Notes: generated by a model not told the origin, from the sequence alone. Shown: positions 1 to 7,286, counted from the stretch's first letter. The stretch is DNA of 18,494 nucleotides from Pedosphaera sp. (GCA_031414955.1 JANOQV010000124.1:1-18494), one strand, 5' to 3'. Made by a program: numbers and translations.

Positions 1-24
1 GAGCCTCCTCACGTCGGCTGCTAC
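1..24 (-). repeat. REP-like palindromic element (one arm) inside the glycosyltransferase reading frame
   Basis: The reverse complement is GTAG-C-AGCC-GACGTGAGGA-GGCT-C, a GTAG tetranucleotide followed by an imperfect palindrome, which is the standard REP layout. It translates in-frame as SLLTSAAT, a peptide I recall from Verrucomicrobia repeat insertions (not verified). Confidence 0.6.
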
Positions 25-2332
25 GGTTGGGAGATTGCCGCTGTGGGTGGTTTCCGCGGGCGGCAAGCAGGATTTCACCATCAAGTGGTGGGACACCAAA
101 CGTTACCAGCAGGTAGTGGATCATTTTCGCGGTCGCATCCAGTTTGTGCATGTGGGTTCCGAGGGGCATTACCACCCTGAACTGGACGGGGTCATTGACT
201 TGCGCGGGAAGACCACGCTGCGGCAACTCATCCGGTTGGTATATCATGCGGATGGGGTGTTGTCTCCGGTGAGCCTGCTCATGCACCTCAGCGCGGCCGT
301 CCCCACCCGGGAGGAAGTGCAAAGCGGCACCGACAAGCTGCAAACGTGTTCGTGCCGCCCCTGCGTGGTGCTCGCGGGCGGGCGTGAGCCGGTGCATTGG
401 GAGGCTTACCCGACCCACCAGTTCATCCACACGGTGGGTCTGTTGCCTTGTTGCAGTCACGGCGGTTGCTGGCGCTCCCGCACCGTGCCGCGCGGCGACG
501 GCAGCGAGCACGATCATCCCCGGCGGCTCTGCTTGGATGTGGTCAACAACCTGCCACGCTGCATGGACATGATCACGGCGGAGGAAGTCATCCGCCGAAT
601 CGAGATGTATCTGGCCGCGCGCCAGGCCACCGCATCGCCGGCTGAAAACGGCACGAGTTCCGGTTCCGTGCCATCCTTCTTTTCCGACCGCAACGAAGCG
701 CGAATCCCCGCCACCGAGAAATTGCCCGCCTTGCAGGAGGGACACCTGACCATGGAAACCGCGCCGAAGGCCATGGAACAGTTCATCGCGAGCCTCCCTG
801 AGTATGCAGGCGGATTTGAGGGACGGGGTATCGTGATCTGCGGAGGTGGCGTCAAGTATTTCACTTGTGCCTGGATATGCATTCACATGCTGCGCAAGCT
901 GGGTTGCGGTCTCCCCATTGAACTCTGGTATATCGGGCCGCGCGAGTGCGATGCCGCAATGCGTGGACTGGTGGAACCGCTGGGTGTGCGTTGCGTTGAC
1001 GCCCTGGAAGTGCGGCTGGAGCATCCGGTGCGCATCCTGTCTGGCTGGTCCCTGAAGCCTTACGCCATGCTGCACTCGCGCTTCCGCGAAGTGCTTTTCC
1101 TCGATGCCGACAACGTGCCGGTGGTGAACCCCGAGGTGTTGTTCGGCAACGAGGCGTTTCAGCGGACTGGCGCCGTCTTCTGGCCGGACTATGGGTGGCT
1201 TCAGCCGAAACAATCGGCATGGCTCGCGTGTGGACTCGCACCCTTGGATGAAACTGACTTCGAGAGCGGCCAGATCGTCTTGGACAAACAGCGTTGCTGG
1301 CGTGAACTGAACCTCACGGTATGGATGAACGAGCACTCGGATTTCTTTTACCAGCACATGCACGGCGACAAGGACACGTTTCATCTGGCTTGGCGTAAAC
1401 TTGGCACCGACTACGCGATGCCGGGCACGCCAGTAAAATCACTGGAGGGAGCTGTGATGTGCCAGCATGACTTCGAGGGAAACCGGATATTCCAGCACCG
1501 CAACCTGGACAAGTGGAGTCTGTCGGATGGCAACAGGCGGATCGGTGATTTTCTCTACGAGGAGGAATGCAGCGGATTTTTGGAGGACTTGCGCCGCCGG
1601 TGGAGCGGGCAGGTTCGGGTTGTTTCATCCGAGAAAACGCCGGTGGAGAGGCTGCACGTCCCTTCCGTAACAACTGCGATTGAGCCAAGTCCACAACACG
1701 GCGGCCTGCGGCAAGTCGAAGCGTTTCCGAAAATTCTGGCGGTCATGATCTCGTGCGTCGAACGGGACGAATTACGAGCGCAAACGCTGCAAAACCTGGC
1801 TGCGACCGATTGGGGAGGGCAGCGTGTTCATGTGCAGTTCGATGCCAGCACGGCCGTGCGGAAGCAGGAACGGCAGGAGGAAACATCGCGTGCAGCCTTG
1901 CAAGCCATGTTGCAAGCGAAGCTCGATTACATTCTGTTTTTGGAGGACGATTTGCAGTTCAACCGCCATCTGCTTTGGAATCTGCGGCATTGGGCACCGT
2001 TGCAGCGTGGGGAGGTAACGCTGGCGGGATTGTACGCGCCCAACATCGGTTGGTTTCAGAGAAACGAGGATGAGCACTGGTTCATCGCCGACCCCAACAC
2101 CATCTATGGGAGCCAGGCGTTCCTCGTCTCGCGCGAAGCGGCGGCGTATATGGTGGAGCATTGGCGGGACGTGGAAGGGATGCAGGACATCAAAATGTCG
2201 CGACTGGCCGCCCAGCTTGGCAAACCGATCTACTATCATTCGCCGTCTCTCGTGCAACATGTTGGACAGGAAAGCGTTTGGGGCGGCGGCTTTCACCAGT
2301 CGGCCGATTACGACGGGGATTGGCGGTATTAA
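2..2332 (+). CDS. Multi-domain glycosyltransferase, 5'-partial: GT9 (heptosyltransferase-like) C-terminal part + GT71/Mannosyl_trans3 (MNN2-like) domain + C-terminal GT-A (GT25-like) domain
   Basis: The frame is open from base 2, so the TTG at 35 is probably not the real start. ~35-613: IDLRGKTTLRQLIRLVYHADGVLSPVSLLMHLSAA matches GT9, followed by a Cys-rich tail (CC..GGCW, LC, RCMDMI). ~824-1605: RGIVICGGG, LPIELWY, KPYAMLHSRFREVLFLDADNVP (DxD at 1103), FWPD, ESGQ and HGDKDTF are typical of GT71 alpha-mannosyltransferases. ~1730-2332: YILFLEDD, GSQAFLVS and LVQHVG fit a GT-A fold. Confidence 0.85.
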   Translation, partial: SLLTSAATVGRLPLWVVSAGGKQDFTIKWWDTKRYQQVVDHFRGRIQFVHVGSEGHYHPELDGVIDLRGKTTLRQLIRLVYHADGVLSPVSLLMHLSAAVPTREEVQSGTDKLQTCSCRPCVVLAGGREPVHWEAYPTHQFIHTVGLLPCCSHGGCWRSRTVPRGDGSEHDHPRRLCLDVVNNLPRCMDMITAEEVIRRIEMYLAARQATASPAENGTSSGSVPSFFSDRNEARIPATEKLPALQEGHLTMETAPKAMEQFIASLPEYAGGFEGRGIVICGGGVKYFTCAWICIHMLRKLGCGLPIELWYIGPRECDAAMRGLVEPLGVRCVDALEVRLEHPVRILSGWSLKPYAMLHSRFREVLFLDADNVPVVNPEVLFGNEAFQRTGAVFWPDYGWLQPKQSAWLACGLAPLDETDFESGQIVLDKQRCWRELNLTVWMNEHSDFFYQHMHGDKDTFHLAWRKLGTDYAMPGTPVKSLEGAVMCQHDFEGNRIFQHRNLDKWSLSDGNRRIGDFLYEEECSGFLEDLRRRWSGQVRVVSSEKTPVERLHVPSVTTAIEPSPQHGGLRQVEAFPKILAVMISCVERDELRAQTLQNLAATDWGGQRVHVQFDASTAVRKQERQEETSRAALQAMLQAKLDYILFLEDDLQFNRHLLWNLRHWAPLQRGEVTLAGLYAPNIGWFQRNEDEHWFIADPNTIYGSQAFLVSREAAAYMVEHWRDVEGMQDIKMSRLAAQLGKPIYYHSPSLVQHVGQESVWGGGFHQSADYDGDWRY

Positions 2333-2412
2333 GGCTGTCATGGTGGTTTCTGACCCGTTCGGGATTCGAGCCTGCAAGTCAAAATCTACAGCCTGATAGG
2401 CGGTCGCAACTG

Positions 2413-2706
2413 CCAGTGGCAAGCAACCTTCAGCCAGACACTCTCGACGGCCCGCCGGTGTGACAAGATGTCCGTCCAGACCCGTACAATGGACCGCCAC
2501 TGTCGAAAAATGTCCAGTCACACTCTTGAAATGAAGTGTCAGGGTCACCAAGTGGAGTGTCAGTGTCGATGGATAAGGTGCCAGTGTTGAAAAATGACCA
2601 GTCACACTCGCGAAATGGAGTGGCAGGGTCGTCGGATGGAGTGTCAGGCCCGCGAAATGAGGGGCCACGGTTATGAAACCTGTCGGCAGAGTGGTTGGTT
2701 GAATGA
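2413..2706. repeat. Degenerate 21-bp tandem repeat array (~14 units) with an 84-bp higher-order duplication
   Basis: Units start every 21 nt at 2413, 2434, 2455, 2476, 2497, 2518, 2539, 2560, 2581, 2602, 2623, 2644, 2665 and 2686, mostly with CCA/TCA/GCA. Examples: ccactgtcgaaaaatgtccag (2497) vs ccagtgttgaaaaatgaccag (2581), and tcacactcttgaaatgaagtg (2518) vs tcacactcgcgaaatggagtg (2602). The core 2476-2685 is clearest and the outer units are weak. Confidence 0.85.
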
Positions 2707-2831
2707 CTAAGCGGTCGGGGCGCGCGACAGGTCCCCTTGGAGGTGGGGAGTTCGTGGACAAGTGGCAGTGCGGGGCGGGCTTGAAAATCTCTCGCTTGTC
2801 CTCCCCGAGTCTGGTGTTTAATCACCCCGCC

Positions 2832-4049
2832 ATGAGCCAAACCATCGCTTATCTCCAATCGGAATCGGCCGAGAAGGGCATCGAAATCGGCCTGCTCGTC
2901 AATTATCTCCTCTACGATTCCATCAAGGCCGGCGCGAGCGATATTCACATCGAGCCTTGGGAAAGCACGCTCGTCGTGCGCATTCGTCTGAGCGGCGTGC
3001 TGACCGAACTCGTGCATCTGCCCCTCGAACTGATGGAGAAGATCGCCGGGCGCTTCAAAGTCATGGCGAACCTGGTCAGTTACCAAACGGGCTTGCCGCA
3101 GGAAGGCCACGCCTCGGCGGGCGCGGAACTAGGCGGCGTGGAATTGCGCATCTCCATTTTCCCGACCGTGCGCGGCGAGAAGATCGTGGTGCGTCTGTTC
3201 GACCCGAGCAATCGCAGCTTCGATCTCGCCACGTTGGGCTTCGATGAAGAGACCCACCGGCAGTTCCTCAAGCTCCTGGCGCGGCCCAGCGGCCTGTTGT
3301 TGCTGACGGGACCGACCGGTTCCGGCAAGACCACGGCCATCTACTCCGCGCTCTATCACCTCGTGCAACGCTCGGGCGTGACCATGAGCATCGCCACGGT
3401 GGAAGACCCGGTGGAGTTTAACCTGCCCATGATCAGCCAGGCGCAGATCAACCCCGCGCAGGAGTTCACTTACCCAAAAGCGTTGCGCTCCCTCATGCGG
3501 CAGGATCCGCAGGTGATCATGGTCGGTGAGATTCGTGATCCCGAGACGGCCAGCATCGCCGTGCAGGCCGGCCTGACCGGGCATCTCGTCATCAGCACCA
3601 TCCACAGCGGCATCGCGGTGGGAGTTTTTGCGCGCCTGATCAACATGGACATCGAGCCGTTCCTGCTCGCGTCCAGCATCCTCGGCGTGCTCGGTATCCG
3701 GCTCATTCGCAAGAACTGTGCTTATTGTTCCGAAACGTATGAGCCGGAGGCGGGCTTGCTGAAAATGGTTCCACCCGAGGCGCTGGCCACGGCGAACTTC
3801 CGTCGCGGGGCCGGTTGCAACGAATGCCTGCAAACTGGATTCCAAGGACGCAACGCCATCACCGAGATGCTCGTCGTGGATGAAGTGTTTCGCGATGCCG
3901 TGCTCCAGAAAATGCCGACGCGCGCCTTGCAGCAAGTCGCCGTTCAACAAGGCATGCTCACCATGTGGCAGAACGGTTTGAACCGCGCGCTCTCCGGGCA
4001 GACCACGCTGGAGGAAGTCCTGCGGGTCGTGGCCGTGGAGCAGATTTAA
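2832..4049 (+). CDS. GspE/PulE/PilB-family secretion/pilus assembly ATPase (short form, ~405 aa)
   Basis: Motifs: ASDIHIEP, Walker A GPTGSGKTT, Asp box TVEDPVE, Walker B region RQDPQVIMVGEIRD, His box TGHLVISTIH, tetracysteine Zn motif CAYC...CNEC, and C-terminal GQTTLEEVLRV. ATG 2832 is preferred to 2703 because the extension is non-homologous and runs back to the repeat array. Confidence 0.93.
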   Translation: MSQTIAYLQSESAEKGIEIGLLVNYLLYDSIKAGASDIHIEPWESTLVVRIRLSGVLTELVHLPLELMEKIAGRFKVMANLVSYQTGLPQEGHASAGAELGGVELRISIFPTVRGEKIVVRLFDPSNRSFDLATLGFDEETHRQFLKLLARPSGLLLLTGPTGSGKTTAIYSALYHLVQRSGVTMSIATVEDPVEFNLPMISQAQINPAQEFTYPKALRSLMRQDPQVIMVGEIRDPETASIAVQAGLTGHLVISTIHSGIAVGVFARLINMDIEPFLLASSILGVLGIRLIRKNCAYCSETYEPEAGLLKMVPPEALATANFRRGAGCNECLQTGFQGRNAITEMLVVDEVFRDAVLQKMPTRALQQVAVQQGMLTMWQNGLNRALSGQTTLEEVLRVVAVEQI

Positions 4050-4053
4050 TCAT

Positions 4054-4076
4054 CACGGCGAGAGCGCCTCACCGTG
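4054..4076. terminator. Hairpin between convergent genes, possible bidirectional terminator
   Basis: cacggcgag-agcgc-ctcaccgtg forms a 9-bp stem (fully paired on the minus strand with one G-U). It lies between the ATPase stop (4049) and overlaps the TPR gene stop (4069). U-tracts are poor. Confidence 0.35.
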
Positions 4077-4584
4077 CTTTCGCCAGCTTCGCGATCTCTG
4101 CTCGCAACGGCTCCAAGTCCGGGTCTTTCAGCGCCATGTCAACGATCTCCTTGCGTTTCCCGGCCGCGATGGCCTGCTTGAGCAAGGCCAGCGTCTCGCT
4201 TGGGTCACGCTCCAACTGGCAGGTGTAGCACGCCAGGTTGTAGGGGATGATGGCTTCCTTCGGAAATTTTTCCGCCACCGGCGAGAGCGCGTTGTAAGCC
4301 GCCAGGACGCTGCCCTTGCCCGAACGCCGCAGGGCATAAGCGTGATGCAGCCAGCCCACCGACCGATGCGGCGCGGCGACAATCAACTGCTGCGCCACTT
4401 CCGTGGCCGGTTCCCAGCGCTTCAACTCGGCCAGCGCCAGCCACCGCGTCCCCAGCGCGTCCACATGTCTGCGTCCCCCAACTGACATGGCGTCCAATTC
4501 CACCAGTGACTCCGCCGGGTTGCCCAGTTCCAGCCAGCCGACCGCCGACCTCAGGTAATGCACATCGTCGTGTTCCAGTTCCAT
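4069..4584 (-). CDS. Tetratricopeptide-repeat (TPR) protein, 171 aa
   Basis: Helical repeats with GWLELG at the N-terminus, GWLHHAYALRR, and a C-terminal YNLACY...ALKDPDLEPL signature of the TPR end-of-group type common in Verrucomicrobia. It fills the gap between two clear genes. Confidence 0.85.
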   Translation of the reverse strand: MELEHDDVHYLRSAVGWLELGNPAESLVELDAMSVGGRRHVDALGTRWLALAELKRWEPATEVAQQLIVAAPHRSVGWLHHAYALRRSGKGSVLAAYNALSPVAEKFPKEAIIPYNLACYTCQLERDPSETLALLKQAIAAGKRKEIVDMALKDPDLEPLRAEIAKLAKAR

Positions 4585-4851
4585 GCCTGATCAAGCTACT
4601 CGGAAAATTCAGAATGAACCACGAGGAACAGAGTTTTCAACCAGGCCGGCCCGGCCGATGCCAATGGAGCGGCCTTTCAACTAGGTTCTGGTGCGAAGGT
4701 CGGTGGCTGTGCCGGAGGCTGAGGTTGAAGGTCTCAAAAAATACGCTTTCTTCCCGTCGGCCAGGCGCTGAACCTGCCGGGCATGAGCCTGCACCAAAAC
4801 CCTGGCTCCGTGACCGCACGGAGCATTGAGAACGAATCACCTTCCGCGCGC

Positions 4852-5766
4852 ATGTCGCCTCACACTCGCCGCACCTTCGCGAAGCTGTCGCTGGCGGCCT
4901 TGCCCGGAGTGGGCTTGTTGTCGGCGCTGAACCGGCTCGGCGCGGCGGAGGCCGCGGCGACTGGGAAGCCAGACTCGAAGTTTGCCGGCGTGCAAGTAGG
5001 GCTGAACGTGCCCTACAGCTTCGGCGGTGCCGTCACGAGCGGAGACGACATACTCAAAAGCTGCGTGCAACTCGGGCTGAGCGCGGTCGAGTTAAGAACC
5101 CAACCAGTGGAAGCGTTTCTTGGTGTGCCCAAAGGGAAAGCCGAAGAAATCGCGCAATGGCGCAAATCCGTCTCGATGGACAAAGCGAAGGAGTTCCGGA
5201 CCAAGTATGAAACGGCCGGGGTGCGGATCGAAATCGTCAAGGTGGACGGGATTTTCAAGATGACGGATGACGAGCTGGATTATGCCTTCACCCTGGCCAA
5301 GACGCTGGGCGGGCGAGGCATCTCCAGCGAGATTTCCAACAAGGACGCGGATCTGAAACGCGTCGGCCAGTTTGCCGACAAGCACCGGCTGTTGGTGGGT
5401 TATCACGGTCATGCCGCCACCGGGCCGGCGCAGTGGGAGAAGGCGTTTGCGCTGGCCAAGTTCAACGGGGCCAACGTGGACCTCGGGCATTTCGTCGCCG
5501 GCAATCATGGTTCTCCGGTGGCCTTCATCAAAGAACACCACGATCGCATCACGCATGTGCATGTGAAAGACCGGAAGAAGAACAACGGACCGAACACGCC
5601 CTTCGGCGAGGGCGACACACCGATTGCCGAGGTGCTGCGCCTGATCCGGGACAATAAGTGGAACATCCAGGCCACCATCGAGTTTGAGTACAAGGTGCCG
5701 GCAGGATCGAGTCGCATGGCGGAACTGGCCCGCGCGATCAAGTTTTGTCACGACGCGGTGGTGTAG
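4852..5766 (+). CDS. Sugar phosphate isomerase/epimerase-family protein (xylose isomerase-like TIM barrel) with a Tat signal peptide
   Basis: MSPHTRRTFAKLSLAALPGVGLL...AAEA carries a twin-arginine motif. Family motifs include GLSAVEL, VGYHGH, NVDLGHF, HVHVKD, TPFGEGD and IEFEY. Start 4852 places the RRxF motif at the N-terminus. Confidence 0.88.
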   Translation: MSPHTRRTFAKLSLAALPGVGLLSALNRLGAAEAAATGKPDSKFAGVQVGLNVPYSFGGAVTSGDDILKSCVQLGLSAVELRTQPVEAFLGVPKGKAEEIAQWRKSVSMDKAKEFRTKYETAGVRIEIVKVDGIFKMTDDELDYAFTLAKTLGGRGISSEISNKDADLKRVGQFADKHRLLVGYHGHAATGPAQWEKAFALAKFNGANVDLGHFVAGNHGSPVAFIKEHHDRITHVHVKDRKKNNGPNTPFGEGDTPIAEVLRLIRDNKWNIQATIEFEYKVPAGSSRMAELARAIKFCHDAVV

Positions 5767-5770
5767 GGCC

Positions 5771-5797
5771 GGATCGCGGAGCGCCGCTCCACGGTCC
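5771..5797. repeat. Stem-loop directly after the TIM-barrel stop; REP-like or terminator
   Basis: ggatcgcggagc-gcc-gctccacggtcc gives a 12-bp stem with one G-U pair and one mismatch. The minus strand reads GTGGAGCGGCGCTCCGCGA, a GTRG-headed palindrome. There is no clear U-tract. Confidence 0.45.
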
Positions 5798-5838
5798 GCC
5801 TGATTTAGCCCCAGCGATTCCATTCACCCAAATCACCA

Positions 5839-5867
5839 TTGAAATCCCTCGGGCCTTGGCTTACGAC
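5839..5867 (+). promoter_or_regulatory. Putative sigma70 promoter for a leaderless dienelactone hydrolase transcript
   Basis: TTGAAA (5839-5844), a 17-nt spacer, TACGAC (5862-5867), then 6 nt to ATG 5874. There is no Shine-Dalgarno sequence. The -10 box lacks the final T. Confidence 0.4.
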
Positions 5868-5873
5868 GGCGGC

Positions 5874-6668
5874 ATGAAAGCAGCATTCCTTTTCACCATT
5901 TTCCTCGCGGCGGCCTCCGTGCGGGCCGAGGTCAAGTACGACAAAGTGGAATACAAACAAGGCGATACGACCTGCGAGGGCTTGCTCGTCTATGATGACA
6001 TCTTCCAGGGCAAACGCTCGGCCGTGCTCATCGCGCACCAATGGAAGGGCTTGACGGATTACGAGAAGCAGCGGGCGGAGATGCTGGCCATGCGCGGTCA
6101 GGTGGCGCTATGCGCCGATGTCTATGGCAAGGGCGTGCGCGCGGACAATCCCAAGGACGCCGCCGCACTGGCGGGCAAATACAAAAGTGACCGGCCCTTG
6201 CTCCGCGCCCGCATCAATGCCGCCTTGGAATTTCTCCGCAAGCAGGAGCGCGTGAACCCCGCGCAGATCGCCGCCATCGGCTATTGCTTCGGCGGCACCA
6301 CGGTGCTGGAACTGGCCCGGAGCGGCGCGGATGTCAGAGGCGTGGTCAGCTTTCACGGCGGGTTGAGTTCACCCACGCCGGCGGACGCGAAAAACATCAA
6401 AGCCAAAGTGCTCGTCTGCCACGGCGCGGACGATCCATTCGTGCCGACGGAGGAAGTGCTGGCCTTCCAGAAAGAGATGCGCGACGCGAAAGTGGACTGG
6501 CAATTTGTCTCTTACGGAAACTGCGTGCATTCCTTCACCGATTGGAACGCGGGCACCAACAACGCTTCGGGCGCGGCTTACAGCAAGGACGCCGACGTCC
6601 GTTCCTGGCGCGAAATGAAGTCCTTCCTCGGCGAGGCGATGTTGCCTCGCGCCGGAACGAGCTTCTAA
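5874..6668 (+). CDS. Dienelactone hydrolase-family alpha/beta hydrolase with a Sec signal peptide (264 aa)
   Basis: MKAAFLFTIFLAAASVRA is a signal peptide. The nucleophile elbow GYCFGG, VVSFHGGL, HGADDPFV (Asp) and VHSFT (His) give a Cys-Asp-His triad. Confidence 0.93.
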   Translation: MKAAFLFTIFLAAASVRAEVKYDKVEYKQGDTTCEGLLVYDDIFQGKRSAVLIAHQWKGLTDYEKQRAEMLAMRGQVALCADVYGKGVRADNPKDAAALAGKYKSDRPLLRARINAALEFLRKQERVNPAQIAAIGYCFGGTTVLELARSGADVRGVVSFHGGLSSPTPADAKNIKAKVLVCHGADDPFVPTEEVLAFQKEMRDAKVDWQFVSYGNCVHSFTDWNAGTNNASGAAYSKDADVRSWREMKSFLGEAMLPRAGTSF

Positions 6669-6710
6669 AGGGCGGACGCTCTTCAAGGCGTCAGCGGACG
6701 AAACGCGCCG

Positions 6711-7286
6711 ATGCTCATCGCATTTAACAAACCCTACAGCGTGCTCTCCCAATTCACGCCCGACGGTTCGCCCAACCGCACCCTCGCGGAATTTGGATTC
6801 CCCAAGGAGGTGTATGCGATTGGCCGTCTCGATGCTGACTCTGAGGGCTTGCTCCTGCTCAGCGATGAAGCGGAATTGAACGAGCGCCTGCTGCATCCCA
6901 AAAACGCCCATCGCCGCACTTACTGGGCGCAGGTCGAGCGCATCCCCACCGCCGAGTCAGTCCAGCGCCTCGCCCGCGGCGTCACCATTCAGGATTACAA
7001 AACGCTGCCGTGCCGTGCGTGGCTGATCGGTCCGCAGCCTGATGTTCCGCCGCGCGACCCGCCCATCCGCTTCCGCAAGAACGTCCCCGACTGCTGGCTC
7101 GCCCTCGAACTCATCGAAGGTAAGAACCGGCAGGTCCGCCGCATGACCGCCGCCATCGGCCACCCGACCCTGCGCCTCCTGCGCGTGAAGGTCGGCGGGC
7201 TGGAGTTGGGGACGCTGGGCGCGGGCGAGTGGGCGCTCGTTTCTTCGGATGATCGTAACCAGTTGTTCGCCGGTACGGAGCGGTGA
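6711..7286 (+). CDS. rluE: rRNA pseudouridine synthase, RsuA family, RluE-like (23S Psi2457)
   Basis: FNKPY, catalytic GRLDADSEGLLLL, RTYWAQVE, the RluE-type insert PPRDPPIRFRKNVP, and EGKNRQVRRMTAAIGHPTLRLLR. There is no S4 domain. Confidence 0.88.
   Translation: MLIAFNKPYSVLSQFTPDGSPNRTLAEFGFPKEVYAIGRLDADSEGLLLLSDEAELNERLLHPKNAHRRTYWAQVERIPTAESVQRLARGVTIQDYKTLPCRAWLIGPQPDVPPRDPPIRFRKNVPDCWLALELIEGKNRQVRRMTAAIGHPTLRLLRVKVGGLELGTLGAGEWALVSSDDRNQLFAGTER

Noticed and set aside
2413..2706. CRISPR array interpretation of the 21-bp repeats
   Set aside because: Units are head-to-tail and degenerate, with no invariant repeat separated by unique spacers, and there are no cas genes in the window.
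1772..2761. 329-aa minus-strand ORF as a conventional gene
   Set aside because: More than half lies antisense to the glycosyltransferase and has no recognisable domain. Only the heptad part is notable, and it is reported as a finding.
2430..3110. 226-aa minus-strand ORF across the array and ATPase start
   Set aside because: It begins antisense to the well-supported ATPase and gives no coherent protein pattern.
3129..6911. Antisense ORFs 3129-3950, 5092-5823 and 6369-6911
   Set aside because: Each overlaps strongly supported plus-strand genes.
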